Source of the DNA: a virus
IMG/VR virus record: IMGVR_UViG_3300043185_000099
Coordinates: 64,001 to 128,000 of that record
DNA length: 64,000 bases
Direction: 5' to 3' (one strand)
Notes under the pieces: model-generated
What the model was told of the DNA's origin: nothing
Database searches by the model: none
Seen by the model: the letters and a program-made list of their open reading frames with translations, nothing else
Translations under genes and position numbers: made by a program
In this document: positions 17,533 through 29,100 of the stretch, in pieces
Position numbering within the stretch: the first letter of the stretch is position 1
Layout of the letters: each line of letters opens with the position of its first letter

Positions 17533-20500
17533 GCCTGTCCTCCACGTAGGTGAAGATGAAGTTGCCCACGTCGAAGAACTCCAACTCGCCAGCCTCCACG
17601 TCCTGCACTCGGTTTTCGGTAAACGCCACTTGGTAAGTCACCGTGTACGAGTGGAGGTCGGGTCTGTCAGCGGCTGCCAACGAGACCAGAATGCGATTCG
17701 CAGTGAGCTGCTGTCGGATGGCCTCAATTTCGACCTGGGTGTTGGCCGCCGGAAAATTGGCGACGATCGTTTGATCGTCGCTGTAGTTCGGGATCGACAA
17801 CCCCTCGTTACCGATAATGTAGGCTCGTCCCGCGCTATGGAACAACGTCTCGGGACTGGTCGTCTGAAGAGTCATTGGACGATCGTCTTGAAACACTCCA
17901 GCGAACTGCGTGCCGTCTCCACCCCCAGTGAGAGTCGGGTTGTTCAGGGCATCCTCCAGGATCCACGTCTTCGTTGTCGTATCCGAGTAGGGCACGGCGG
18001 AGCTACCGAGTAGGACTTCGACCGCCCCGGAATCCGAAGGAACGGACTCACGTACTACAAGAGACCCTGCTGACCGAGCCAGCTTGGTCGGAGGATTCTC
18101 GACATAAGAGACACCTTGGGTGTCGTCGATGACCGCGATGATGTCCGATTGCCGCACCGCACCGCCCAACGGTAGCGCGCGGAGGAACGCAGTGAGATTC
18201 GTACGGACCGACGTATCTACAGTCGAAGTCTGGAATCCAGTCCGCGTCACAATCGTAGTTGTAATGTCGATTGGGGCCGACACGGCCTCTTTGGCGAGAA
18301 CGTCCGCGGTGATGTGCTTTCGGGCATCGAGAGCGTCCTGCAATGTAGGAACAACGAAGTTTGTCGTGTACGTGACCGTGAAGTTCTCCGCGTGCTGGTA
18401 GCTGACCAGCACAGTCTCTCCGCTGGTGATCTGGCTGTTGGTCGTGCGGCGAAGTGCGGCTGCCGTAATCTGCGTTCCCGGGACGATCACGTAATCCGAT
18501 ACTCCGGAAGGATCGTCCGGGCCGCGATAAAGAACAGTGCCCGACGTGTTGGTGACTTGAATCGTGAGCGGGTTCGCTCCCAGGTTGCTCAGAAATTCGT
18601 TGAACTGCCCAAGCAGGAGATGCTGCTCATTGGTCACGACCACGGGGTCGCCGCTCGGGATCCCATCCGTCTGGATGATGTCGATGTAGGATTGCGCCTT
18701 CACCGAACGACCCTCGAGCAGCGGATCGTCTGGCTGGACGAATACGAAGTTGTCCGCCGGAAGGTCTCCTGAGATCTGTCCTGTGACACCATCGACGGAT
18801 TGGACTGGCTGCCTTGTGAAGACAAACTTCGTAGACGTCACATAGCGATAGTCCCCAAGAATGATGTTGCCGAGGGTCACAATCGGCTGGACAACAGCCG
18901 ACGAGAGCTGGATGGTCCTGTAGTCGAGAATCTTGACGTCAGTGAGATCGAAGAACACCCCAATCGTCGCATTGCGAAATCCAACGCCCAAATCTGGGGC
19001 ATCGAGCATCTCGGCGATCGGATTGCTGGGCGACAAATTCGTGTCGAGAGCCCTAAACACCAGATCGAGTGGGTTGCCAATGATGACGAACTGTACGTCA
19101 TCTGCAACCTCAAACGTGAAGGCGAACGTATCGGTGACCGTGCCTGTCGACGTACCACGTTCCCAGACGTCAACTTTCCCTCCGACATGTTTGTTGTAGT
19201 CGGTGTCAAAGTCGCGTTGCATCAGGGAGTCGGAAGGGGAAACCACACGCACGTCCTCCACACCGGGTACGCTTGCCGCCGTCTGGAGCGTGCCTCTTTC
19301 CGTTCCACTGTCCACGGCCGCCAAGGCTCCCCGGGCGCGGATCGACAAGGCCAGGTTCGTCTCCCTATTAGAGCCCCCGAACGTCGCGTTCCTGTTGGTG
19401 ACGGACAATCCAAACGGCCCGCTCACGAGGCTGCGGATCTGTCCGGCGCCAAGATTTCCGACCGACCCGGGTTGAACTGCCTGGACCGGCACATCAACCT
19501 GGAAGAACCCAGTGGTCGGGTTGAAAAACGCTGCGACGTTATTGATTGGAATCGACGCGTCGCTCGTGGTGGCGAACTGGACCGATCCGCTCGCGACAAT
19601 CGTACCCAATGGGATGAAGATTGTTGCCGTCGGCCGGGTCCGTGTGAAGAATGTGACAAACCCTCGTGCCCTCGACCCCACCCGACGAAACACGTTGTTG
19701 CGAGACGCGAGTTGTTCAAACGAGGTATCAATGATGGTCTGGATGTCATTGGGAGCCGAGAGATCAAAGACCCGAGCCAGAGCTTGCTTGTACGGTGAGC
19801 GCGAGACGGGAACGGAGGTTCCGTCGCTCTGAACCCCGTCAATTTGGAGCAGGGTGTCAAACGCCTGGGTTCGGTACAGAAAATCAACGAGCAGCCGCAA
19901 CCGCATGACCTCATCCGATGTGGGGTCTACCACGGTGTCGCGGATCACCGCCCCCGGCTGAACCGCGAGTGCGGGTGTCGTCCGCACAAGCGACGAGATT
20001 ATGTCCTGAACGACCTGCAAACGCGAGGGTGCGGGGAATGTGCCCACGTTCTCCAAAATCAGGACAGGTTGCGCCACCACTTCGGGGGAGAACGACGACT
20101 CCACTTCGACCTGCCGTGTCTCGTCGAAGAACACAGCCGAAGCCACATAGAACAGAGGCTCCGTAGTGGGCGTGCTGGCGAATTCCCCGATCGGCACGGT
20201 CGAAGGGGTGTTGGACGGCCCAAACTGCCGGTTGTGAACAAACGAGTAGAACGGGCGCGAGATAATCGACGCGACCGTGATGGACGTCCTGATCGCCAGA
20301 GCTGTCTCAGGAACCTCAAAACTCTGCACAAAGTCGGTCTTGATGAGGTTCGCCTGCTCTTGTTCGGTGATGGCCGCCGCCAGTTCGGGCGTCAGTACGA
20401 TATCCTCCAAGTCCTCGACGGCTTCGGACGTGCGTGTCTGCGTCTCTTTGATCTGGACGTACAGAGGATCGGCTGCGGGAGTTCCGTCCGGATTCGTGGC

Positions 20501-21067
20501 CACTGTGTTCTCGACGTCGATCGTCCCGATGGTCTGCGTTTCCTGAAGGACCGAGAAGTCCGTTACTGTGTTGAGGTTCACCCGGAGATAGCCGGTCGCA
20601 CCGCCTCCCTGAAACCGCGACGCGTAGAAGTTGACGCCCTGAAACCTGGGGTCATCGACCCCTTCAACCTGAATCTTCACCGCGTCATTGCGTTGTTCCA
20701 CACTGACGTTGGTCGGAGGGATCCCGATGAGTCCGATGTCCGCATCTTGCACGACCGTGACCTCGACCCGAGCCGAAGCCGATACTGCCCCCGAGAAAGA
20801 CACGGACCTGACCTCGATCACATTCAGCCCAGCGATCAGCTCCAGTCCGGCCGAAAACACGTTCGCATTGGGGAACGAAAACGTGGTCCCCTCGAAGACG
20901 ATGAGATCAGGATCAGAGGTGAACGCGGCACCGCGGATCGAGATCTGCATATCGACCGTGTCCGATGCCATCTCCCCAGTAAAAAATCTTGAGGACATCG
21001 TAGTCGAGAAGATGGTCGTCTCGCGGAGGATGCCGTCTGGACCGACGATTCGTGGGGTAGCGACCAT
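17525..21067 (-). CDS. Baseplate J-like wedge protein, extended (1180 aa)
   Basis: RRVGSRARGFVTF...IPLGTIV...V.VQA..PGS.GN...GGSNRETN..L..R...VPGV..V...GGKVDVW and C-terminal L.LG..VRQSDII..I....GV; all baseplate-J hallmarks. Confidence 0.88.
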   Translation of the reverse strand: MVATPRIVGPDGILRETTIFSTTMSSRFFTGEMASDTVDMQISIRGAAFTSDPDLIVFEGTTFSFPNANVFSAGLELIAGLNVIEVRSVSFSGAVSASARVEVTVVQDADIGLIGIPPTNVSVEQRNDAVKIQVEGVDDPRFQGVNFYASRFQGGGATGYLRVNLNTVTDFSVLQETQTIGTIDVENTVATNPDGTPAADPLYVQIKETQTRTSEAVEDLEDIVLTPELAAAITEQEQANLIKTDFVQSFEVPETALAIRTSITVASIISRPFYSFVHNRQFGPSNTPSTVPIGEFASTPTTEPLFYVASAVFFDETRQVEVESSFSPEVVAQPVLILENVGTFPAPSRLQVVQDIISSLVRTTPALAVQPGAVIRDTVVDPTSDEVMRLRLLVDFLYRTQAFDTLLQIDGVQSDGTSVPVSRSPYKQALARVFDLSAPNDIQTIIDTSFEQLASRNNVFRRVGSRARGFVTFFTRTRPTATIFIPLGTIVASGSVQFATTSDASIPINNVAAFFNPTTGFFQVDVPVQAVQPGSVGNLGAGQIRSLVSGPFGLSVTNRNATFGGSNRETNLALSIRARGALAAVDSGTERGTLQTAASVPGVEDVRVVSPSDSLMQRDFDTDYNKHVGGKVDVWERGTSTGTVTDTFAFTFEVADDVQFVIIGNPLDLVFRALDTNLSPSNPIAEMLDAPDLGVGFRNATIGVFFDLTDVKILDYRTIQLSSAVVQPIVTLGNIILGDYRYVTSTKFVFTRQPVQSVDGVTGQISGDLPADNFVFVQPDDPLLEGRSVKAQSYIDIIQTDGIPSGDPVVVTNEQHLLLGQFNEFLSNLGANPLTIQVTNTSGTVLYRGPDDPSGVSDYVIVPGTQITAAALRRTTNSQITSGETVLVSYQHAENFTVTYTTNFVVPTLQDALDARKHITADVLAKEAVSAPIDITTTIVTRTGFQTSTVDTSVRTNLTAFLRALPLGGAVRQSDIIAVIDDTQGVSYVENPPTKLARSAGSLVVRESVPSDSGAVEVLLGSSAVPYSDTTTKTWILEDALNNPTLTGGGDGTQFAGVFQDDRPMTLQTTSPETLFHSAGRAYIIGNEGLSIPNYSDDQTIVANFPAANTQVEIEAIRQQLTANRILVSLAAADRPDLHSYTVTYQVAFTENRVQDVEAGELEFFDVGNFIFTYVEDRRG

Positions 21068-21072
21068 AGGAC

Positions 21073-22263
21073 TTACCTAGAAGTGTTTGTCGAACTCACA
21101 GCGACCCCAGGGAGGGCTCGCGTTCTCGGGTCCAAACCGAACCCCTGTAGCCCGAGAGAGAGTCCGTTGCTGCCGGCCAATGCTGCGGTACCGGGCGCTG
21201 CATACACCGTCGTGATGACCACGGGAATATTGGACGCGTTGGCCACGACGATGTCAACCTCAAAGACGGACGGGTCGAAGACGGACGGAGTCGTGTTGAC
21301 GGAGATGACGGTCGCCAAACGTTCACGAGGCGACACTTCCTGAAGACTCGCTTGGGCACCCTGAAGGTTCTTGAAGCGAGCCAGAGTCGTGATGACATCC
21401 TCGTTGATGACGGACACTCCAGCCCCGAGTGCTTTGGTCCCGATGCGAGTCAACAGCAAAGTTCCGTACTCAGGATGGAAAGGGTTTGACCCGCGAACGG
21501 TAGACAGGATCTTCAAAGCAGCCTGGTTGAGCAGATCTTCGTTGACCACCGTGAGAGGCTCTCCACTCGCAGCGATGCGGTAGTCATTCTCGATTCCGAA
21601 ACTCTGGCACCGCCGGCAGTGGTCCTGGTAAGTTGTGTAGGAGACCTTGAACACCGGGTTCCCCAACACTGGTGAGGTGAACTTGGGGTACCTGGCTGAA
21701 ATGTGGCGTACGCTGGCCAAGCCTGGCACAGGTTGGACGACGGAGTACTCAGCGAACCCCCATGATGGGTAGGTGGTCCGGCCTCTAGCTCTCACCTGCA
21801 TCGAGAATCCCAGGGCCCCCGCCGCCTCTCCGCCAATCCGCACCTGGGACCGCGGACCCTGGTCGAGGAAGTCGCTGATCTGAAGGACCCCGTCGTCATT
21901 GGCCACGACGATGCTCACCGAGGCATTCCGGAGAGCCGCATTGAGCGTGTCCACAACACGTCTCGTCTCGACACGGGAACCTACCGGGAGCAAGATGTCC
22001 AGGCTGGATTCCCTGTTCGAGAGGGTCACCGAATTCTCATTCTTGAGGATGTTGAAGGGGCCGCTGCTGGCTCCCGTGATCGATGCGCTAATCTGGAATC
22101 CTGTTGGAGGGATCACGATCTCGTCGTTCGCGGTGATCTTGACCTTGCTGGACGACGCAACCGGCTGCCTGGTCCTGAGTTCCATGCGGTCAGAACCGAG
22201 AGGGACCTCCTCCTCGATGGTGAGGTGCGGGCATGCGTGACCCAGCTGGAAGTCGAAGCTCAT
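21073..22263 (-). CDS. Baseplate wedge protein with a C-terminal gp25/GPW-like domain, 396 aa
   Basis: C-terminal LLNQAALKILSTVRGSNPFHPEYGTLL is a gp25-like signature. Extra N-terminal region contains HACPH and CRRC. Confidence 0.82.
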   Translation of the reverse strand: MSFDFQLGHACPHLTIEEEVPLGSDRMELRTRQPVASSSKVKITANDEIVIPPTGFQISASITGASSGPFNILKNENSVTLSNRESSLDILLPVGSRVETRRVVDTLNAALRNASVSIVVANDDGVLQISDFLDQGPRSQVRIGGEAAGALGFSMQVRARGRTTYPSWGFAEYSVVQPVPGLASVRHISARYPKFTSPVLGNPVFKVSYTTYQDHCRRCQSFGIENDYRIAASGEPLTVVNEDLLNQAALKILSTVRGSNPFHPEYGTLLLTRIGTKALGAGVSVINEDVITTLARFKNLQGAQASLQEVSPRERLATVISVNTTPSVFDPSVFEVDIVVANASNIPVVITTVYAAPGTAALAGSNGLSLGLQGFGLDPRTRALPGVAVSSTNTSR

Positions 22264-22284
22264 GGAGCTGACTCGTGGGGATTC

Positions 22285-22299
22285 ATAAAAGAATCACCC
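22285..22299 (-). promoter_or_regulatory. Variant of the candidate late-promoter motif (GGGT-N7-TTAT)
   Basis: Minus strand GGGT GATTCTT TTAT, about 20 nt upstream of the gp25-like gene. Confidence 0.4.
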
Positions 22300-23238
22300 A
22301 TGCGCGAAGGGATCCGAGCCCTCTGGATTTGGAAAGAGCGTATCGTAGTTCGCGATCCCGTCGGGTTGGTCGACCGTCCCGAGCCTGATGGCGGTGAAGT
22401 CCGGTTCCCCGGTGTCCGTCGTCTCGTAGAACACCGAGTCCATCTCGGTGACAATCCGCGACAAGCCCAGGTTCCTCGCGTACCGTGTCCCATCCGGCGG
22501 ATCCGGGAAATCGACCACCGATCCGCCAAGTGCCTGCTGGATGATGGTGTCGCGCTCCACCAAGAGCTGTTCACGCAAGTCCATCATCTTGATGATCTTC
22601 GACTCCAGCAGGGCGATCTCGGCGATGGTCTGGCCAACCCACCTACGTGCGTAGTCCATCCTGATTGCGATCTTCGAGCTGGCGTCCCCTTGATGGAAGT
22701 ACCGCCCGGCCTGGGTGTATGGGTCCCGAATGAACGTCGGGAGACCGCCGGGGTACACTCCGCCTGGGCCATACGCGTCCGCACTTCGAGGGGCGACCAC
22801 CCCTCCATACGGTTGGTCGTACGGATTTGTCTCCGAGCCCGCGTCGGTGAACTTCTCGTTCGGGTTGTCATCCGGGTCTTCCGGAGGGTCTCCCTCCGTG
22901 GTGAACTGGATCTGATCAGGCTGCAGCCAGAGAGATATGCTCATGGGGTTACCGCCCACAGCAATGTATGCCTGCACCAACTTCTCCAGCGACGAGCCCG
23001 GCGAAACCACAATTCCGATCCTCTGTTCGGTAACCGTCTCAATTTCTCGCTCGGCACCCTCGGCCGTTTGGACCACGGTATTCACGCGCTGGTAAAACAC
23101 GGTGATTCGTCCAATGCGTCGAAGTTCGGCATTGATAGTCCGCAATCTGGGAGAGATTGTGCGTCGCTCGTTCAGGACCCAGTTGCGGAACGCCTTCCAC
23201 TGCGCCTCCCGAATCGTGCCGAGGTAATTGAATGGCAT
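22294..23238 (-). CDS. Hypothetical baseplate-cluster protein, 314 aa (start revised to ATG 23238, MPFNYLG...)
   Basis: The ATG overlaps the stop of the upstream gene (TGATG) with GGAGA upstream. The longer 454-aa call overlaps the 883-aa gene. Confidence 0.72.
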   Translation of the reverse strand: MPFNYLGTIREAQWKAFRNWVLNERRTISPRLRTINAELRRIGRITVFYQRVNTVVQTAEGAEREIETVTEQRIGIVVSPGSSLEKLVQAYIAVGGNPMSISLWLQPDQIQFTTEGDPPEDPDDNPNEKFTDAGSETNPYDQPYGGVVAPRSADAYGPGGVYPGGLPTFIRDPYTQAGRYFHQGDASSKIAIRMDYARRWVGQTIAEIALLESKIIKMMDLREQLLVERDTIIQQALGGSVVDFPDPPDGTRYARNLGLSRIVTEMDSVFYETTDTGEPDFTAIRLGTVDQPDGIANYDTLFPNPEGSDPFAHG

Positions 23239-25889
23239 CAGGTGTCTCCCTTGAAGAGCGCCCTGAACACATCGAGGGCCAAGTTGGGGATACCGCCGGC
23301 AAAGAGAACGAGACCCCCGCCGTAGGAATCGGCCGCCGGATTCGCCGGAGAGATGGGCTTCTTCTGCGAAGCGAGGAGAGCTGTCGTCACTCCATTGGTC
23401 CCAGGAGCCACGACCACCAAACCTGCCGCAGGAACGATGCTGAGGAAAAACCTCAGCAGACGCTGGATCAGAGCATTGATCCTGTTGAGGAACGCCTGAA
23501 GCTCGCGGAGCCGCGACTGCAGATACTCGATGAAGCGTAAGATCGTCTCGGCGATGGATTCGATGGCCGCCTGGATGGAGCGTAGGAGAGCAAGGATCTG
23601 ATCGAAGAACCTGTCGATGGCGGGGAGGCCCTGAGGGAACATGCGGAAGGCGATCCATCCTTGCTCGCGTGAACGGACCTGGGGACCTGCCGCGACCTGG
23701 AGGACGAACTGGGCTCCGGCGTAGACCGTGTCGGGAACGAGGTTCCTAAAGAATGCGATCTGGTTGAGCCGTGCGCCCTGTCGAGAGTAGATGACCGGAG
23801 CCATGTCGAAGGAACCGCGTCCTCGATTGCTCTCGCCCTGTGCCGCAAAGAAGAAGTGAGGACTCCTCGGCAGGACGGTTTGATCAGCGACGGTCACGGC
23901 GATACGATCACCACCCCGACCATCAGGGATACCGAGGGCGAGAGGATTGGGGGCCACGCCATTGAGCAGGTCGGCGCTTCGCAGAAGCTCCAAGGTCGTG
24001 CCTCCCTCGAGCGTCGTATCGGTGAAGGCTGGATCGACGGTGGAGAAGAACTTGCCGTCATCGAACAGGACCCGGAAGTTGAGGAGATCCTCACCGATCT
24101 CCACAGCAAGTTGGCGGGCCGGCAGGGGTGGGAGATTCTGCGTGAGGAACCTGTTCGTCAGGTTGATGCAGTTGATAAAGAGTCGCCGTCTGAACTTGGC
24201 CACGGACGCATTGGCATCGCCGAAGAACTTCTTGACGTAACGCCGGCCGACAACCTGAATCATCAGGAACTTGGCCACCTCCTCCAGACCCGTGGTCAAG
24301 CGCGCGTGGTCCTCGTACGCCCCCCAGTACGGCTCGAGGAGGCCGTTCGCGAGCACGTCGACTCCAAAGACAGGCGGGAAATTCACGGGCGCGTCCTTGC
24401 CGATCAGGACGGGAAGGTCACTCCTGCTCAAGGCCATGATGGCCAACGCCTCGGCCACGGCGCGCAGATAGAGCTGTGTACTGGCGTCCGGGAAGATAAT
24501 CTTGGTCACGAAGGAAGGGGGGCCAGCGTCGTTGAGATCGACGTTTGGCGCACGGGTCATCGGAAGCACGGGCCCGTCTCGGTCCCTCAATGATGTCTGG
24601 TCCACGAGGAAGGAGTAGTCCGTCGGACTCTTGACCGACCTGTTGACTGCCCTGACGCGGACAAAGAACTCCTCTGGTTGCCGGTTGTCGTTTTTCCGCT
24701 GAAGGCGGTTGCCGAACACCAGGTCCCACTCCGCGGCGAAAGGCATGTCGTCGAACTGGAACGTCGCGCCGAATCCTCGACCGGGGAAGAAAATATTCTG
24801 TGCAAAGGGGACAAAGAACGTGCGCTGAAGATAGAACTTCCCGCCTTCCTGCATGTCCGAGAGCTGGATGGGTGCTCTATCCGAGAGGTTTTTGATCCCG
24901 TAGACGCGGACGGCATCGGGCTTGCGGTCCCCGAAAAGCGTGACGGCGTCGTTCCAGTCGATCGCTCCGCGGAGATCAAGCTGCTGAACGCCTCCATGGA
25001 GGAGGATTGGATTGCCGTCGTCATCCTTGCAGTTGACGATCTCCACCTTGGCCGGCTGGTTCGTCAACTCCAGAGTCTCCAAAACCCCCTCGATTGGGCG
25101 TTCACACACAACCTGGATTGGCTGCTCGAGGGTGCTGAACTCGACCAAAAAGCCCGCGGGAGGGAGAATCGGTCGGTCGGGCCAAGGCGCTCCCGGTATC
25201 GGCGCCATCTCCCACGTCAAGTTCACAGCGTTGTACGGGGAGCTGAGATTCTGGTCGACGGTCCTGTTGAGATCGAACCCCTTGAAGAACCCCTTGTTGA
25301 ACGAGAAGATCGTCGCTCCATCGTAGCCGTAAGTAGCCTGCACATTACTGACCTGGTTCATCATCCGGGGCAGCGGGTAGCGCCTGTTGAAGAGACGGAG
25401 GATGCTCCTGATCAGCTGGACGATGCGGTTGATTCCGCGGATGTCCGCTTGGACAAAAAGAAAGACGGCGATACACGACGACAGCTCGCTGATATCGGGC
25501 CGGTTAGCATCCCCGGTGTCGGTCAAGCGCGCGACCATTCTGCCCTCGTAGCCGAGGTAGCCACCGCGGAGTGACTGAAAGTCGGGCCCGACCAGCGAGT
25601 AGTAGTCGCCGTGGATGTAGATGCCGAGCTGACGCAGATCGTTAAGGATGGTCTCGATCAGGTCCCTGAGCGCCTCGATGACCGCTATGATCGGGTCGAG
25701 CAGACCCGTGGCGAAGACCTTGAGAACCTCCAGTAATCCGATCAGGATGTTGAGGATCTGGATGAGAAACGAGAAGAATGCGTCGACAGCCTGCCGGACC
25801 GGCTCAAGGAAATCGGGAATCTCCAGCGAAACCGTCTGCCAGGTGCCGAGTACGCCCTGTTCCTGAGGGCCCTGTTCAGGATTGGCCAC
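23238..25889 (-). CDS. Baseplate-cluster structural protein with amphipathic helical ends, 883 aa
   Basis: GTG start with GGAGG Shine-Dalgarno. Long L/I-rich amphipathic helices at both termini flank a beta-rich core. Confidence 0.72.
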   Translation of the reverse strand: MANPEQGPQEQGVLGTWQTVSLEIPDFLEPVRQAVDAFFSFLIQILNILIGLLEVLKVFATGLLDPIIAVIEALRDLIETILNDLRQLGIYIHGDYYSLVGPDFQSLRGGYLGYEGRMVARLTDTGDANRPDISELSSCIAVFLFVQADIRGINRIVQLIRSILRLFNRRYPLPRMMNQVSNVQATYGYDGATIFSFNKGFFKGFDLNRTVDQNLSSPYNAVNLTWEMAPIPGAPWPDRPILPPAGFLVEFSTLEQPIQVVCERPIEGVLETLELTNQPAKVEIVNCKDDDGNPILLHGGVQQLDLRGAIDWNDAVTLFGDRKPDAVRVYGIKNLSDRAPIQLSDMQEGGKFYLQRTFFVPFAQNIFFPGRGFGATFQFDDMPFAAEWDLVFGNRLQRKNDNRQPEEFFVRVRAVNRSVKSPTDYSFLVDQTSLRDRDGPVLPMTRAPNVDLNDAGPPSFVTKIIFPDASTQLYLRAVAEALAIMALSRSDLPVLIGKDAPVNFPPVFGVDVLANGLLEPYWGAYEDHARLTTGLEEVAKFLMIQVVGRRYVKKFFGDANASVAKFRRRLFINCINLTNRFLTQNLPPLPARQLAVEIGEDLLNFRVLFDDGKFFSTVDPAFTDTTLEGGTTLELLRSADLLNGVAPNPLALGIPDGRGGDRIAVTVADQTVLPRSPHFFFAAQGESNRGRGSFDMAPVIYSRQGARLNQIAFFRNLVPDTVYAGAQFVLQVAAGPQVRSREQGWIAFRMFPQGLPAIDRFFDQILALLRSIQAAIESIAETILRFIEYLQSRLRELQAFLNRINALIQRLLRFFLSIVPAAGLVVVAPGTNGVTTALLASQKKPISPANPAADSYGGGLVLFAGGIPNLALDVFRALFKGDT

Positions 25890-26168
25890 CTAGCGCCCTC
25901 CTCCGTGCTTCAACCGCCGCAGTTGGTAGCTGAGGTCATCAATCTGCTTCACGTCACGGTCAGCCTGTTGTTGCAGGAGATCGCGTAGCTGGCCGAGCAG
26001 CTCGGCGTACCGCTTGAACGTGGTGAGCTGCGCCTTGTCTCCCTCATTCACATGACCCTCGTTGCTGACCCACTCACCCACGGGGATTCCGTCGGCGCGG
26101 AGACGCTCCTTCACTTCCTCCACCGTCATCTTGGAGACGTCGAAGTCGAATGGGCTCTTATACTTCAT
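25890..26168 (-). CDS. Small coiled-coil protein, 92 aa
   Basis: ATGA-coupled to the 3640-aa gene. Heptad-like C-terminal half. Confidence 0.7.
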   Translation of the reverse strand: MKYKSPFDFDVSKMTVEEVKERLRADGIPVGEWVSNEGHVNEGDKAQLTTFKRYAELLGQLRDLLQQQADRDVKQIDDLSYQLRRLKHGGGR

Positions 26169-29100
26169 GACCCAGCATCCTTCACGGACTGGGCGAGACG
26201 AAGCTGACGCAGCTCGTCGCGTCGCTTCTTCGGAAGCTCATCCTCGAACCGGGTGATCCTCACCAGTGTCCCGTCCTCCCGATTGGTCCTGAAATCGAGC
26301 CAGGCGAGCCGGAGTTCCCGGAACTGATCGTTATTGTTGAGCACGTCGTCGATCCTGTCGGGCAGGACGGGCCGGCCGTCTCCCTCCTCGGCCGCGGGGT
26401 TGTCAGCGTTGCTCTCCAGAGTCGAGTAGCTCGGCGTCCCTGGCGGCGATCCTGGCGGGAACTCGTGGTCCAAGCGGTCGTCGTTGACCCAGAACCGACG
26501 GTCTAGGACGGACAGCGCGTCGGACGTGTTGGCGAACGGACTGATTCCGATAAGCCCGCGGACGCCGTCAATCAGCTCATTGCTCATGACTCCCTTCCCT
26601 TCGTCGGGGATCAGAGGGTTACCGAGATCGGCCACGTGCTGATCTCGCTGGAAGACAAAGTAGTTCCCGTACTTGTCCTCCCGGAAGAACACGTCGAACT
26701 CCTCCAAGAAACTCAACGTCCGCTCACGCATCAAGAGAACGAGGTCGACGGCCTCCGAGCTGAACAGCGACGAGGGCCTGATCACGCGGTACGAGAACGG
26801 CGCGATCGAGAACAGGTTGCCCAGGAAACTGTTGGAGGGCGATCCGTTCTCGCCCGCGAAGGCGGTCGGGCGGAGGTCCATTTGGCCCTCCAAGCCAGGC
26901 CCTCCGGGCGGGTCAGCGAACGGTGCGGTCGAGGCGCTAACCGTCGGCAATACCGTGTACTCCGCCGTGGTGCCGAAGGTGACGAAGCCTCCTCCGGGAT
27001 CGGCCGAGTAGTCGGTCTCCGAGCTGACCGTGAGCGCATCCTTGGCAACGGTCGTGACTCTGTACCAGCCGCGGTTGTCATCGAGCTGTGAGGGCCCACC
27101 AGCGATGAACGGCACTTCCTGGCCCGCTGTAGCGAGGGTGCGGTTGGGCACGCTGCGATCGCCGAACGCTCTCGTGCCTCTCTCCAGCCCTGTCGTGGGA
27201 ACGGCACCGAGCGGCCCGGAGAGAACGCCGGCCGGATCGATGACGACGATGTCTCCCTCCTGGATGCCGAGGGCGTCGTAGTTGATCGTCTTGTCCGTGT
27301 CCTGCACGCGTCTCGGATCCGTGGGAGCCATCTCGACCTCCACGATCCCCCCCACCTGTGTGGACAAGTTCGCGCGACGTTCCAGCAGAACCTGATCGGT
27401 GATCATCGTGAGGAGCTGTTCGTTGCTCTGCTCGTGGGGCACGGGAGCCTGCCGCAGGTAGATCTCGAACGGCTTACCGGGCACGTCGGCGGCCGACACG
27501 GCCAGGATCCCCGGAGGCTTGAGCCAGATGTCATCCGGGCCCTCGATACCGCCGATCTCGATCTCGTCCAGCACGGTGATGCCGTCGTCATCGAGGAGGC
27601 GGAAGACGTCCCCGGGGTTGACGTTGACGAGATCATCGTCGAACCCCCCGAGCTGCGTGCCACCAGTCGAGGTCACGACGAACGGGTAGGGCGTGGCGCT
27701 GGGACCAATGACCTTAGTACCGAAAGCCGTGATCGTGCCGCGTCGGATCTGATAGACGTAGCGCAGTGGCCCGAGAAGTTCGCCCACGTTGGACAACACG
27801 TTGTGAAACCGTCGGATGCGGCGGATCTCCCAGGTGACGGGCTCGTCGGCTGCCTCGCCGAAGGCAGTTGGATCTCGGAACCCGATGGCCGCCAACGGGA
27901 CCGAGTTCCCGGCATCGACGACGCGCTCGTCGGCGCCGGAGAGATTGAGGGTGGGACGAGGCCATGACGGCTCGAGGAACACGCCCGCCTGGGCACGAAA
28001 TCCAGGCACAAGCGCCGGACCAAGGGTGACGAATTGGTCCCCGGGCATGATAGCAATCAGACCGGGGGTCGTGTGTACCGCATCCCACGTCGTGTTGCCC
28101 AGGGACTGATCGATCTGGATGTACTGTGTGACGTTGTCGTAAACGTAGGCGTTCTCGTTGTTGACGAATGACGTGTTGGCGATGGGCGTGGCAACAACAA
28201 TCCCCATCTCGTCAACCCCTGGAGGCCCCGCGACAAGGTTCGGGAGGGCGATCTCGTACTGGAACGGTCCACCGGGTCCGATGACCGTGATGCCCGAGAA
28301 TCCACCGATGGGAACGTCGACGCCAACCGGCACGAGCGAGCCCACAGCATTGCGCGGCAAGATGTCTTCGGGCGCCAAGTCCATGGTGACGTCGAACCGA
28401 AAGAACCCCGAGACAAGCGTGCCTTCGGGAAGAGCATCGATGGCGGCTCGAGCGGCTGCTCCCGCGATCGAACCGTCAAAGCTGATCTCCGTGCCGAAGA
28501 CCGTGGTGAACGTGCCAGAAGCCGTGTCGACCGCACTGTAGTTGACTTTGAAGTTCGCCGTCCCGTAGTCCAAGGCGGCGGAGTTGGGTTGTGCGATAAG
28601 GTAGATAGTGCCCGTCGCGTCCCAAGCCGAAGTCGTCGCGTCATTGAGAAGCGCATTGGAGATGATGACGGCCTGTGCACCGTCAGTGTCCGCGCTAACG
28701 AGGGTCGGGAACAGGATCGATGCCCACCCTGCGGTATTCGCCGGAAGCGTGTTGGTGGTCAGGGTGAGCTGGCGCTCGCGTGTGGTGACCTCGTTGGGCT
28801 CGATGACATGCTTCACGAGGTACGTCCCCGCACTGGTTGCAGCTCGAGGGGTCGCGTCCGCACTGCCCAGGATCATGCAAACGTCTCCAGCCTCAACGCT
28901 GGAAAACGCGCCTACCGCCACGGCCAACGGAGTCACGCCGTCGCTGGAGATACGGAAGTTCCTGTCCATCGCAACGCCCGTAACGCCTGTCCCCGAGGCG
29001 ATCTGGGTCGCCGATCCCTCCGGAAATGCCGAGGATGGGACGGCCGAGAACGTGATGTCCGACGTCGTGAGGATGGGCGTGTTGGCGTGTCCCTCAAATC